64,000 bases of DNA from Phycisphaerae bacterium (GTDB taxonomy: Bacteria > Planctomycetota > Phycisphaerae > UBA1845), in assembly GCA_963666835.2 (NCBI GenBank), contig CAXXGO010000006.1, forward strand, positions 2,112,001 through 2,176,000. The letters run 5' to 3'. Below the pieces are notes generated by a model. That model was given only the letters and a program-made list of their open reading frames with translations. It had not been told where the DNA came from and ran no database searches. The position numbers and the translations under genes were made by a program. Positions 37,559 through 50,564 of the stretch are shown here, one piece after another; positions within the stretch are counted from its first letter, which is position 1, and each line of letters starts with the position of its first letter.

Positions 37559-39286
37559 CTATGTCGCCGCCCGAACCACCACGCGATTGCCGCGGTGTTC
37601 GATGACTTCAACGGTCGTATTGCTATCAAGATAGTCGCCTTGAGTCACCACGTCGACCAGAACCCCACCAAAACGAGCCTTGCCCGCCGGACGAAGCGGT
37701 CCCGCCGTAACCCCGCGATCGCCCACCCGGGCAGCGCCGTGATAGGGATCCTCAACCAACACCTCCGAAGGGGTTGGGTTGGCCGGGACGATCCTGCGGA
37801 ACGCCGGGACGCGCGGCAGGAACCGGCTCAAAACGAAGACGCCCACCAGTGACGCCCCCATCGAACAGACCAGGGTTATTATCGCCACCTTCAACGCGTG
37901 GATCGTGGACGGCAGACTCGGCAGATACAACGGGAGCGTCCGTCCCGGCTCCGGCGGAACAAACGTCGCCAGCAGGCCCACCACCAGCAGAATCAGCCCG
38001 GCAATGCCCGCCACCCCGAACCCCGGGATTACGAACACCTCCAACGCCATCAGCAGAATGCCGACGAGGATCAGCGCGATCTCCCAGACGTTGGCCAAGC
38101 CGGTCAGGTAGGGGGCGCCCACGAAGATGGCCAGACATATTAGCGCCACCAAGCCGGGAACCCCGACACCGGGAGTGTGAAACTCAACGTACGCCCCCAG
38201 CAGAATGATCACCATCAAGAACCCGCGCACTACGCCGGAGGTCAGCCAGTATGCCAAATGCTCCGACCACGTCGGCGCAAAGCGCACAAGCGATGACACT
38301 CCATAACGCTCCTTCAGGGCGTCTTCATCGGGCACCATGCCCTTGCTGAATCCGTAAGCCTGCGCCTCGCCGGCCGACATCTCCAGGAGCTGGTTAGAGG
38401 GCACGATCGGACCCTTCAGCGGAATGTCCATATCGAGGACCGGATCGTAATACGAATCGACAACCCGCCACGGGGTATCCGCCCGGGCGGCATCCGTCCC
38501 GGCGTCCTCCTCGGTGTCAGATTCCTCATCTGCCTCGTCGGATTTCGCCTTCTTGCCGTCGGCCTTCTTTGTTTCCTCCTCGCCGAGCAGCTCCAGTTTC
38601 TCTTCGCGGAAAACGAACTTGCGCTCTTTGGTCTCGCGGTTCTCGATCCACCATACTTCCCGATCCGGCAGAACGAACGCCTCGCACAGGACCTCGTCAT
38701 ACCCGTTCAACCGGGCCGAGGCCCGAAACTCCGCCAGAACCGGTGTGTAGGCCTTTGGCTGTAGCTCCTCCGGAACGGCCTGGGCACCACCCGGCCCGCC
38801 TAAAATTACCTGAGAATCTCCCATACGCGATGACCGGGCCATGACGATCTCGTCGCACGCCACGGCTACGATCGAACCGCCGGAATGGGCGTTGGGATTG
38901 ACCCAGGCTACGGTCTTGATGTCGGTGAGGTTCTTTATCAGGTCGGCGATGGTGATTGAGCTGGTAACCAGCCCGCCCGGCGTGTCCATATCGAAGATGA
39001 TGACCTCGGCGCCTTTTGCCCGGGCATCCTCGATCCGTCGTTTGAGCGATTCCGCCATGACGTCGGTGATCGCGCCCTCAATGGGCAGGACTCCGGCGAT
39101 GCCTCCTTCGGGGGCGACGGCCTCGGCGATCTCGATTGGCTCGGCCGCTTTCGCCGTCTCTGCGGTATCGGTTGGGGCGGGCGGATCTTGGGCTCTGACC
39201 GACGGAATCGCCATCAAGGCAACCGCCGCTGCCGCAATCAGCCGCCACCTTCGCCGCGAGTACGCAAATCGAGTCATGCTCATCAT
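37559..39286 (-). CDS. nfeD: Long NfeD (ClpP-like protease domain + TM + OB-fold)
   Basis: MDTPGGLV, AHSGGSIVAVACDEIVM, EFHTPGVG, LEVFVIPGFG and LRPAGKA motifs. Confidence 0.88.
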   Translation of the reverse strand: MMSMTRFAYSRRRWRLIAAAAVALMAIPSVRAQDPPAPTDTAETAKAAEPIEIAEAVAPEGGIAGVLPIEGAITDVMAESLKRRIEDARAKGAEVIIFDMDTPGGLVTSSITIADLIKNLTDIKTVAWVNPNAHSGGSIVAVACDEIVMARSSRMGDSQVILGGPGGAQAVPEELQPKAYTPVLAEFRASARLNGYDEVLCEAFVLPDREVWWIENRETKERKFVFREEKLELLGEEETKKADGKKAKSDEADEESDTEEDAGTDAARADTPWRVVDSYYDPVLDMDIPLKGPIVPSNQLLEMSAGEAQAYGFSKGMVPDEDALKERYGVSSLVRFAPTWSEHLAYWLTSGVVRGFLMVIILLGAYVEFHTPGVGVPGLVALICLAIFVGAPYLTGLANVWEIALILVGILLMALEVFVIPGFGVAGIAGLILLVVGLLATFVPPEPGRTLPLYLPSLPSTIHALKVAIITLVCSMGASLVGVFVLSRFLPRVPAFRRIVPANPTPSEVLVEDPYHGAARVGDRGVTAGPLRPAGKARFGGVLVDVVTQGDYLDSNTTVEVIEHRGNRVVVRAAT

Positions 39287-39636
39287 GGTTCAACCCTCAA
39301 CCGCGCGCCGCTCCGATCTGCCCAGAATCCACCGGATTACCACGAAAATTCTACGGTCCGGTGCGATAATCAGCAAGTTGAAAGATCGTCTGCGATTGTA
39401 ATCGCCCGCGTTCTCGCCACGAAAGGAGGCGGGGCAGGAGATGGTATCGGTCTGGCAGATGGCGTCACTTCAGTAGGACACGGTCGAGGTACGAGACCTG
39501 CCGCCGCCCAAACGGCTGAAAGACGCCGGCTGTGAGTGCCGCTCGGTACCGATACTATGCTCCGCTTGCGTCTGGTCTTCCGCCTGCCCGTTGCGCCCTT
39601 GTTGTCGTCCTGTTAAGGGCGATACGCCGCGGGGAT

Positions 39637-40596
39637 TCAGCCGGTTGCCGCGGAGCTGCTTCCCTCGGTCTTCCACCAATCCACCGTACGTTGTAGTCCG
39701 GTTTCCAGGCTGATCTCGGCCCGCCAGTCGAGAAGCTCGTTTGCCCGCGAGGTATCCAGTTGCCGCCGGGGCTGCCCGGCGGGGCGGCTCTCGTCCCAGC
39801 TTATCGTCCCGGAGAAGCCGCAGAGTCGGGCGATCATTGCGGCCAGATCGGCGACCACGATTTCCCGGCCGGTGCCCAGGTTGATCGGGCTGGGGTCGTT
39901 ATGCACCGCCGCCGCCCGGACGATTCCGTCCGCGGCGTCGTCCACGTAAAGGAACTCACGGCTTACCCGTCCGCTGCCCCAGCAGGTAACCTCGGGCCTC
40001 TTTTCCGCCGCCGCCTCGCAGAACTTGCGGATCAGTGCCGGAATCACATGTGACGTTTCCAGATCAAAGTCGTCGCGAGGGCCGTACAGGTTGACGGGCA
40101 CGACGAAGATCCCGTTGAACCCGTATTCTCGGTGGTAGGCGTCGAGCATTGTGCCCAAAGCCCGCTTCGCCACGCCGTATGGGGCGTTGGTCTCTTCGGG
40201 ATACCCGTTCCAAAGGTCATCCTCGCGGAACGGGACCGGGCAGTGCTTCGGATAGGCGCAAACCGTTCCGATCTGTACAAACTTCTCGATATCGCGCCGC
40301 CGCGCCTCTTCGATCAAGTGCAGGCCCATGGCCATGTTGGCGTAGAAGAACCGACCGGGCTCCTTCTCGTTGGCCCCGATCCCGCCGACCTCGGCCGCGA
40401 GGTGAATGACCACGTCCGGGCGGGCGTCGTCAAACAGCCGGGCGACGGCCTCTGCGGCGGTCAGGTCATAATCGGCTGATCGTGGTACTAAGACGTCGGC
40501 CACATCGTGTCGCCGCAGCCGATCGCACACGACCCGCCCGAGGAACCCCGCTCCCCCGGTAACACACACCCGTTTGCCGGTCAGATACGATGACAT
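39637..40596 (-). CDS. fcl: GDP-L-fucose synthase
   Basis: VTGGAGFLG, HLAAEVGGIGAN, YGVAK, NLYGP.D.FDLETSHVIPALI and REFLYVDD. The real start is the ATG at 40596. Confidence 0.92.
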   Translation of the reverse strand: MSSYLTGKRVCVTGGAGFLGRVVCDRLRRHDVADVLVPRSADYDLTAAEAVARLFDDARPDVVIHLAAEVGGIGANEKEPGRFFYANMAMGLHLIEEARRRDIEKFVQIGTVCAYPKHCPVPFREDDLWNGYPEETNAPYGVAKRALGTMLDAYHREYGFNGIFVVPVNLYGPRDDFDLETSHVIPALIRKFCEAAAEKRPEVTCWGSGRVSREFLYVDDAADGIVRAAAVHNDPSPINLGTGREIVVADLAAMIARLCGFSGTISWDESRPAGQPRRQLDTSRANELLDWRAEISLETGLQRTVDWWKTEGSSSAATG

Positions 40597-40822
40597 CCGC
40601 ACCACGCTCCGAGAACGCCAAACCGCCGAACCCCGCCAAGCTCCGCCTATCGTAACACCACGCGCCATCGGTGACCAATTGGCGCCGTGGCCGTGGCGTC
40701 TCGCCCGGTTCTTGGGCGTGGGGTGCCCCGTCCCTCGCCTCAGGCGAAGGGTGGGGAATGGATGGGCATAGGATTGGCCAAACGTGGATTCGAATCCCGG
40801 TCCGCTGTGCGGACCACATTCC

Positions 40823-41779
40823 TTACCGCTTCCTCGTCCGATCTTGCGTTGGCGAATCCGCCGACTCGGCCCCGGGGACTTGCGAGACGGTCCAGCCTGC
40901 TTCCTTCCCCTTCCGTGCGCGGAACACCGCACGTGGTTCGTCTGAAGAGTGAAACCCGAACATTCCGGGCTCATCAATGCGGAGGATCCAGGCCACGCCG
41001 TCGTCTGGTATGCTCCGAGACCATATCGCGTTTCCCGACTCGTCAACAACGGCGAACAGATCACCCCTTGACCCCACGGACGCATGGAAGATGACGAGGG
41101 GAGTATCCGGGACCCACCGCAAGTCGTCCATTCTTGCTCGGGGGCGGCCACGAGCGGTCCAGGCGCTTGCCGCGTCGAATCGCTTGAGCAGCTTGCCGGT
41201 TGCCAGGTCGAAGATCCAGAGGACGCTGCCTCCGTTGCCGCACTCATTGAGTTCCTCCACCCAGACAACGACGCGACCATCATCATCCGACACCATGAGG
41301 CGACGAGCAAAGGGGTGCCATAGCCCGAGTAATCCGTCGTGTGATCGCTCCGATATGTGGTTCAGAACCTCCTTCCCGTCCTGCCTGAGAATGACGACAT
41401 GGAAGTAAGGGGTCCCTCCCTCATCTTCTTCCGACCGATAGACGACCCCGACGATCATGCCCTCGTCGGTCACAGAAACGCCGCGAAGGGTATATGGCCT
41501 CTGCTCGGACCATAGGAGCTTATCTTCCTTGTAGAAGCGATAAGAACCGCTCCATCGGCCGAGCACACTTAAGTCGTTCGGCTGGTCGGTGCTGCTGTGA
41601 GGTTCCAGGTGAAGCGAGTATCGCCCGGACGGCGAGCGGTACGTGGCGGGGTCCACCGCGCCTTCTTCGATCACGGTATTCACCCTTACCCCCGCATCCG
41701 ACGAAGCGGACGTGACCCCGGCGACCAGAATCAAAGCGCAATATCGAACTCCAGCCGCGAAGATCTGTGAAGTATGCAT
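40823..41779 (-). CDS. Hypothetical secreted beta-rich (propeller-like) protein
   Basis: Signal-peptide-like N-terminus. SPSGRY and LWIFDLATGKLL blade-like motifs. Confidence 0.6.
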   Translation of the reverse strand: MHTSQIFAAGVRYCALILVAGVTSASSDAGVRVNTVIEEGAVDPATYRSPSGRYSLHLEPHSSTDQPNDLSVLGRWSGSYRFYKEDKLLWSEQRPYTLRGVSVTDEGMIVGVVYRSEEDEGGTPYFHVVILRQDGKEVLNHISERSHDGLLGLWHPFARRLMVSDDDGRVVVWVEELNECGNGGSVLWIFDLATGKLLKRFDAASAWTARGRPRARMDDLRWVPDTPLVIFHASVGSRGDLFAVVDESGNAIWSRSIPDDGVAWILRIDEPGMFGFHSSDEPRAVFRARKGKEAGWTVSQVPGAESADSPTQDRTRKR

Positions 41780-42165
41780 AGCGATCCTCTCGTTTGTGTG
41801 GCGGGCTGCCAAAGCAAGGCAGTCTTGCACCCTCTACCGGATCCTCATTGTCTCTGCGATTGGAGTGATCTGCAAGGAAAGCAGGACAATGCCGTTCGGA
41901 GTCGTGCGTGGAACTACCTCACAGGCCTACAGCAAAGACCACACGATGCGATCAAACCAGTACGCCAACACAACTGCTGCCGGGAGGAACCCAGCTCCGG
42001 CGGCGACCAGAAGCGCGGGGCACCCGGCCCGCAGGGTCCGCACAGAGAGGTAGATCAGATCAACGACCTGCCTTCGCGCTGCGCAAATAGCAAAGGCAGG
42101 TCATTGACCTGGCTTGCGGGATTGTGAACGGGTTTATCGTTCAGCCGGTCGAACGCAGCTCGCGC

Positions 42166-44490
42166 CTAGCGGTGAAGCTGCTCTCCCGATGGTGAGGGTT
42201 CGACGGCCGCGATTGTCGGTGAGGAGGCACCCAGGAGTTTCACCCGCATCACCAGCAATGCGGTATCGAGCTGGGGATCTTCTTTCGGACGGTTATTCTC
42301 GTCCTTCTGTTCCAGCTTGGGCAGCTTATCCTCTTCCGAGTCGCCGTCGGCTTCAGCGTCTTCTCCGTCCTTTGTGTCTTCGCCGTTCTTCGCGTCCTCG
42401 CCGGCCTTGGGCTCTTCGCCGTCGCCCTTGTCGTCTTCGGCGGTCGCGGACTTGTCACCGGATTCGGAGTCCGGATCCTCGTCGCCGGTCTTGGCGGCGT
42501 CTTCCTCGTCCTCGTCCTTCTCCGGCTTGGGCGGGCCGATCCGCTCGGCGTCGCGCCGCATCAGGAAAGTGTTATATCGCTCCCACCGCACCAAACGGAC
42601 GGGGATGTCGGGCTCTACGCCCCATTTGTCAGAGTCCGGATCGCGGTGCAGCGAGACCCCGCTCGGCAGGTAATACCGCGCCGTGGTCAGCTTAAGCTCG
42701 GCCTGCGACCGGCTCAGCGGGATCAGGTTCTGCACACTGAACTTGCCGAACGTGCGCGCCCCGACCACCTGGCCGTGGTTGTTGTCCTTGATGGCTCCGG
42801 CCAGGATCTCCGAAGCGCTGGCACTATGCTCGTCGACCAGCACTGTGAGAGGCAGATCGGCATACGGCCCGTCGCGCCGGGCGTTGAAGGTGTGGTTCTC
42901 GGCCGGATTCCGCCCGCGCGTGCTCACCACGACATCGCCGCGTTTCAGGAAGAGAGACGACAGCCGCCACGCGGACTCCAACAGACCGCCCGGGTTGTTC
43001 CGCAGGTCGAGCACCAACCCTTTCAGGCTGTCCTCATCCTCCAGATCGGCGAGCACGTTGCGAACGTCCTCCTCCGTGTTCTTCTGGAAGTTGGTTATCC
43101 GGATGTAGCCGATGCCGTTCTCGCGATCCAGCCAGTGGTTCCACTCTTCGTCGTCGTTGCGTTTGTAGCCTTTGACCGACTGGATCTTCACCCGGTCTCG
43201 CTTAAGGGGGAACTCGATCTCCTCCTCGCCTCGACGGATCGTCAGAACCACCGGCGTACCCCGCGGGCCGGTAATGGTGTCCACCACCTTGTTGAGGCTG
43301 AGGTTCTTGATCTCCTTACCGTCCACCTTGGTAATGATGTCGCCGGCCTGGATGCCCGCGCGATATGCCGGGGTGTCTTCCAGCGGCGAGACCACTTCGA
43401 TCTCGTCGGTGACGCGGTCCTTGACGATCGATACGCCGACCCCGATGAAGTCTCCGCGCGTGTGCTTGTGAAACTCGACCGCGTCCTGTGGCCAGATGAT
43501 CGTCGTGAAATCGTCAAGCGGCTCGAACGCTCCGCGCATCAGCTCGCTGATGAGCAACTCCTCCGGCAGGTCGACGGTCTGCTCGTTGATATCCCGGACC
43601 CGACGGAAGTGCTTGGTGGCCTCGTCCCAGTCGAGTGACGGTGCCGCCTGAACATACTCGAGCTTCCGGCGGATGCGGGCGGTGAAGTCGTTTCGGTCGT
43701 TCTCGTTACCCAGCCCGGTAAACGCCTTCTGGGCGGCCGGTGATTCCGCCAACAACAGCATCTGCTCCAGGCCGGCCTCAGTCATGGCCTTGAAGTCCGC
43801 CAGCTCAACGTAATAGAGCCCCACGAACTCCATGGCGCGCTCGGCGTCTTCCCAGCGGACCTTCTCAATGCGTTCCTTCCAGAGTCCTTCCTCTTCGAAG
43901 ACGGTCTCCAGACGCAAGTGGGTAAGAACCTCGCGTTCGAGCTTCTGATAACGAGGCTCGCGGTCATACAGGGTGGCCAGCGGGTTGTAGAGGCGCCATG
44001 CCTCCTTCCAGTCACTGTCCTTGCGGGCCTTCTCCGCGGCAATCAGGGAGTCGTTGACGAGCTGCTCGAGCCACTCTTCGTGCAGGAATGCCTCACGATC
44101 CTCTACGCAATCTGCGGCCGCCAGCGCCCACTCCAGGGCCATTGCGTATTCCTTGCGCTCGATACGCTGCTTGGCGTACCCGACGTACTTCTCGAGATCG
44201 GCCCGATCGAGCTCTCTACGGGCAACCTGCTGGGCTTCGTACTCCTCCAGCCACGTTCGGACCTGTTCGGTTAGATGTCCGCCGTCCTGGATCTTCCGGA
44301 TGGCGCCGACGGCGCCCTCGAAATCTCCCCGCCCGACGAGGTCGATACTCTGTTGCCACAGTTCATTGCGCGCTGAGGCACTTGCCTGCCGCGTATCCGT
44401 GGCCGAAATGGCGCCATGGCACAGGACCATCGCCCAGGCGATGACCGTGAATCCGAGAATACGACCGACGCGCGGTGACAAGCGATGCAT
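42166..44490 (-). CDS. ctpA: S41 carboxyl-terminal processing protease (PDZ)
   Basis: PDZ (FIGVGV, TPAYRAGIQAGD), LDLRNNPGGLL, SASASEILAGA and RTFGK. AAGGAG RBS. Confidence 0.9.
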   Translation of the reverse strand: MHRLSPRVGRILGFTVIAWAMVLCHGAISATDTRQASASARNELWQQSIDLVGRGDFEGAVGAIRKIQDGGHLTEQVRTWLEEYEAQQVARRELDRADLEKYVGYAKQRIERKEYAMALEWALAAADCVEDREAFLHEEWLEQLVNDSLIAAEKARKDSDWKEAWRLYNPLATLYDREPRYQKLEREVLTHLRLETVFEEEGLWKERIEKVRWEDAERAMEFVGLYYVELADFKAMTEAGLEQMLLLAESPAAQKAFTGLGNENDRNDFTARIRRKLEYVQAAPSLDWDEATKHFRRVRDINEQTVDLPEELLISELMRGAFEPLDDFTTIIWPQDAVEFHKHTRGDFIGVGVSIVKDRVTDEIEVVSPLEDTPAYRAGIQAGDIITKVDGKEIKNLSLNKVVDTITGPRGTPVVLTIRRGEEEIEFPLKRDRVKIQSVKGYKRNDDEEWNHWLDRENGIGYIRITNFQKNTEEDVRNVLADLEDEDSLKGLVLDLRNNPGGLLESAWRLSSLFLKRGDVVVSTRGRNPAENHTFNARRDGPYADLPLTVLVDEHSASASEILAGAIKDNNHGQVVGARTFGKFSVQNLIPLSRSQAELKLTTARYYLPSGVSLHRDPDSDKWGVEPDIPVRLVRWERYNTFLMRRDAERIGPPKPEKDEDEEDAAKTGDEDPDSESGDKSATAEDDKGDGEEPKAGEDAKNGEDTKDGEDAEADGDSEEDKLPKLEQKDENNRPKEDPQLDTALLVMRVKLLGASSPTIAAVEPSPSGEQLHR

Positions 44491-44932
44491 GGTCACTCCT
44501 TAGAAACAAACCACGGTTTCGCGTACTCGCGAACCTCAAGCAAGGCGGCAGGTCGGACCGTCGGCATCCCCCGGCCGCAACCTAAGGGCGTCAGACAATA
44601 CCCACCCTACGTTGGCTTTGAGCAGCTTACGCCACCCTGCAAAGGGCGTGTCTCTCCCCATCTTCCGGTTTGCGGTGGCCAACGATCCCGCCTAATGATC
44701 CATGTAAAGTATAAGAACCGTCGTCGGTACGGTCCAACCGCCGGCCACCAAGCCCGGACATTTCGTTACACATCCGGGACACATTCGACCACCTCCCAGA
44801 ATGTCGGCTATCGCCGACGGCCCGGTTAGCCGGGCTGGGTCGGCAGGATCCGTCCCAGTTACGAACGGCATTCTCGGACGCCGCACCCCGATGCCCGGGC
44901 GACTTGGGGGCTCAGAATCGCCGCCCGGCGGT

Positions 44933-44961
44933 TTGAACGTGGAACGTGTCCGTATTACGCT
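44933..44961 (+). promoter_or_regulatory. Candidate sigma70 promoter of uvrA
   Basis: TTGAAC-N17-TACGCT about 90 bp upstream of the uvrA start. Confidence 0.4.
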
Positions 44962-45052
44962 CCACAGTTCGCCTGACCCCCGTACGGGAAGGACGTGGCC
45001 CAGGCCGGATGCCGGTCACGGGTGAGGGGGCGAGCGGTCTCGGAAGCGATCC

Positions 45053-47872
45053 ATGGCGGAACGGTCAGCAATACGCGTCGTCGGCGCCCGACAGCACAAC
45101 CTCAAGAACATCAGTGTGGACGTGCCTCGCGATGCCCTGACTGTGGTTACGGGGCTCTCCGGGTCGGGCAAAAGCTCCCTGGCGTTCGATACGATCTACG
45201 CGGAAGGGCGGCGGAAGTACGTCGAATCGCTGTCGGCGTATGCCCGGCAGTTTCTTGAGCAGATGCAGAAACCGGACGTCGACCGGATCGAGGGGCTCAG
45301 CCCGACGATCGCAATCGAACAGCGGGCCGCCACCTCCAGCCCGCGATCGACTGTTGCCACAACTACGGAGATTCATGATTTTCTTCGCGTCTTGTACGCC
45401 CGTGTCGGTCAGCCGCGTTGCTGGAAATGTGATCGGCCCATCGGTCGACAGTCCACCGCCCAGGTTGTCGATTCCGTGCTTTCCGGTCCTGACGGGCAAC
45501 GCATTATGGTCCTCGCTCCGCTTATCCGGCAACAACGCGGCAAACACCACACGGTGCTCGAGCGGATTGCCCGCGAGGGGTTCGTTCGGGCGCGGGTCAA
45601 CGGTGCGGTGGTGGTGCTCGAAGAACTGGAGCCGCTGCCCCCCGGACGCAAACACACGATCGACGTAGTGGTTGATCGGTTGAAGATAAAGCCGGGAATC
45701 AGGCAGCGTCTGGCGGACAGCGTGGAGCTGGCCACCAATCTATCCGGCGGGCACGTGCTCGTCTCCGCCGAGGTTGCCGACGGGCAGTGGTCGGATCAGC
45801 CCTACAGTGCCGCGATGTGTTGTCCGGTGCATTTCGACGTGCGGCTGGATGAGCTTTCTCCCCAGCTTTTCAGTTTCAACGCTCCGCTCGGGGCGTGTCC
45901 TTTATGTCACGGACTAGGCACTACATTGGAGTTTGACCGGGAGCTTATCGTTCCCGATTCGAACCTCTCTCTCGCCGAAGGGGCGATTGCCGCGTGGCGG
46001 AATCAGGGGAAACGGCTCAATGCCGAGTACGCCAGGCTTCTGCGTGATTTCTGCGAACACTTCGGGATCCTCGCCGATATTCCGTTCCGCAACATCCCCG
46101 CCCAACCGGCGAAGATTCTGCTCGAAGGAACGACCACGGCGGATGTCGAGCAATATGGTGTCTCCTTCGAAGGGGTGATCCCGAACCTTAAACGCCGCTG
46201 GGAGACGACGGAGTCCGATTCGACGAAACAGCGTCTGCACGCGTTTCTAGGCGAGTCGTCTTGTGAGGGATGTGCCGGCGCCCGGCTTAATTCGCAGGCG
46301 CTGTGTGTGAAGATCGACGGACGCAGCATCTCCGATGTCAGCAAGTTGACAGTGGCGGAGGCGGCCGATTTCGTCGATGGGCTTGAGCTATCGGGAGAAA
46401 CGAAGACTATCGCCGCGCCGCTACTGAGTGAAATCAGCCGCCGGCTGCGTTTCATGTGTGATGTCGGGGTTGAGTACATAGCGTTGGATCGCCCCGGGGC
46501 AACGCTGTCCGGCGGCGAGTGGCAGCGCATCCGCTTGGCCACGCAGATCGGCAGCGGGCTGGCCGGGGTGTGTTATGTTCTGGACGAGCCGACTATCGGC
46601 CTCCACCCCCGCGACAGCCGCCGCCTGGTCGAGATTCTGCAGCGCTTGGCCCGGTTGGATAACACGGTAATCGTCGTGGAACACGACGAAGAGGTGATCG
46701 CCGGGGCGGACCATCTGATCGACATCGGCCCGGGAGCCGGGACGCGAGGGGGGCACGTCGTCGCCCAGGGTACGCTGCCGGAGGTGCTGAAATGCAAAGA
46801 GTCTATCACGGCGGATTACCTTGCCGGGCGCAGGCAGATGCCCGTGCCGGAGCAACGTCGTCCGGTGGATTGGCGGCGCGCGGTGGAACTCCGCAGCGTG
46901 ACGGCGAACAACCTGAAGAACATCAATGTCCGATTCCCCTTGGGGTGCTTCGTATGTGTCACTGGAGTGTCGGGGAGCGGAAAGAGCACTCTTGTTCAAC
47001 AGGTGCTCGTCCGCGTTCTTCGCCGCCGGCTCGACCGGTCCGGGAGCCGCCCGGGACCCTTCGGGCGGATCGTGGGCAGCTCGAACATCGACAAGCTGAT
47101 CGAGGTAGACCAATCTCCAATTGGCCGGACCCCGCGGAGCAACCCGGCCACGTACGTGGGGGTGTTCGATGCGATCCGAACGCTCTACGCCGGCACCCGG
47201 GAGGCCAAGATCCGAGGCTACGCCCCCGCCCGGTTCAGCTTTAACGTTCGCGGCGGGCGGTGTGAACACTGTGAAGGGCAGGGGGTCAAGCGAATTGCCA
47301 TGCACTTCCTTCCGGACGTCTTCGTCGAGTGCGGCGAGTGCCACGGCAAGCGGTACAACCGCGAGACCCTCGATGTGCGCTACCGGGGTAAGACTATTGC
47401 GGATGTGTTGGATTTTACGGTGGAAGAAGCCACCAAGTTCTTCGAGAACTTCACGAAGATCCGCACTCGCCTGCAGGCCCTCAAGGACGTCGGGCTCGGG
47501 TACGTTACGTTGGGGCAATCCTCGAGCACGCTCTCCGGCGGTGAAGCCCAAAGGGTGAAACTGGCCGCGGAGTTGCACCGCTCCCCCGATGCTCACACGC
47601 TTTACGTATTAGACGAGCCGACCACCGGATTACACTTCGCCGACGTGCGCAACCTGCTGACAGTGCTCAACCGTCTGGCGGATCGCGGGCACACGATTCT
47701 GGTTATCGAGCACAATATCGAGGTGATTAAAACGGCGGACTGGGTGATTGACCTCGGCCCCGAAGGCGGCGACGCCGGCGGTACGGTAGTGGCCGAGGGC
47801 ACTCCCGAGGAGATTGCCGCCCACCCTGCGAGCCACACCGGCAAGTTCCTGAAAAAGCGGCTCGTTTCGTAG
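45053..47872 (+). CDS. uvrA: Excinuclease ABC subunit A
   Basis: GARQHNLKN, GLSGSGKSSLAFDT, two ABC modules, Zn fingers and LSGGEAQRVKLA. Confidence 0.97.
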   Translation: MAERSAIRVVGARQHNLKNISVDVPRDALTVVTGLSGSGKSSLAFDTIYAEGRRKYVESLSAYARQFLEQMQKPDVDRIEGLSPTIAIEQRAATSSPRSTVATTTEIHDFLRVLYARVGQPRCWKCDRPIGRQSTAQVVDSVLSGPDGQRIMVLAPLIRQQRGKHHTVLERIAREGFVRARVNGAVVVLEELEPLPPGRKHTIDVVVDRLKIKPGIRQRLADSVELATNLSGGHVLVSAEVADGQWSDQPYSAAMCCPVHFDVRLDELSPQLFSFNAPLGACPLCHGLGTTLEFDRELIVPDSNLSLAEGAIAAWRNQGKRLNAEYARLLRDFCEHFGILADIPFRNIPAQPAKILLEGTTTADVEQYGVSFEGVIPNLKRRWETTESDSTKQRLHAFLGESSCEGCAGARLNSQALCVKIDGRSISDVSKLTVAEAADFVDGLELSGETKTIAAPLLSEISRRLRFMCDVGVEYIALDRPGATLSGGEWQRIRLATQIGSGLAGVCYVLDEPTIGLHPRDSRRLVEILQRLARLDNTVIVVEHDEEVIAGADHLIDIGPGAGTRGGHVVAQGTLPEVLKCKESITADYLAGRRQMPVPEQRRPVDWRRAVELRSVTANNLKNINVRFPLGCFVCVTGVSGSGKSTLVQQVLVRVLRRRLDRSGSRPGPFGRIVGSSNIDKLIEVDQSPIGRTPRSNPATYVGVFDAIRTLYAGTREAKIRGYAPARFSFNVRGGRCEHCEGQGVKRIAMHFLPDVFVECGECHGKRYNRETLDVRYRGKTIADVLDFTVEEATKFFENFTKIRTRLQALKDVGLGYVTLGQSSSTLSGGEAQRVKLAAELHRSPDAHTLYVLDEPTTGLHFADVRNLLTVLNRLADRGHTILVIEHNIEVIKTADWVIDLGPEGGDAGGTVVAEGTPEEIAAHPASHTGKFLKKRLVS

Positions 47873-48239
47873 GTCCCTCCAATCTCTCTTTCTAACAAGG
47901 AGGGATCGAAAGAGGGCACTGGGAGAGACCCCACGCGGGCGAGCGATTGAGCGGTATGAGAGGACCCCTTCCGGGCGAACGAGAGTACGCCGTAGGCGTT
48001 TTACAGCAAAGCCCAGGGTAAACGAAGCGGCGTAGCCGCTTCAGTGCCACCCTGGGTCACAGAGATCCTTACCGTGCCGACCCCGAAGCGGGTTGAACAA
48101 CGTCTGCCAACAGGGTGACATGAGCCAACTTGTTGCCCTATGAGTCGATACGCAGACAGCCCTTCTTGCGACATGCGTTTTTGCGGCAGGTCTCGTACCT
48201 CGACCATGCCCTACGCCCCCCCCGAAGGACCCGCAAGGA

Positions 48240-50322
<2,083 letters not shown>

Positions 50323-50436
50323 ACGCGTAGTTTCTACTCGTAGCGAGCTTCGCCGTCAACAGGTGCGGTGGAGTTGTACGGTCTGGCTGTATGCCAAGAG
50401 GGTTTCACCGAGGAGGTTCTCGCGAAGAAGGAAGTC

Positions 50437-50465
50437 CTCAGATTGTCGAAGGTAGCCGCCGATGT
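50437..50465 (+). promoter_or_regulatory. Candidate sigma28 promoter of the HDOD gene
   Basis: CTCAGA-N15-GCCGATGT. Confidence 0.5.
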
Positions 50466-50564
50466 AACCGCGGAAGAGGCGCAGGCTCGTTGTTGGGCGT
50501 GGTGTACAGAAGAGCTGACAGACGACGAGCCGCACTCTGCGCTGAATTTGGAGCTAGATCCTTC

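Noticed and set aside
40597..41310. Long N-terminal extension of the fcl ORF in the track
   Set aside because: The Rossmann motif begins right after ATG 40596, and the extension overlaps another gene in a different frame.
41927..42102. Short hydrophobic minus-strand frame (DLIYLSVRTL..WSLL) next to a GACCTGCCTT/AAGGCAGGTC hairpin
   Set aside because: No good start or RBS. The hairpin is more simply a transcript-end structure after the S41 gene.
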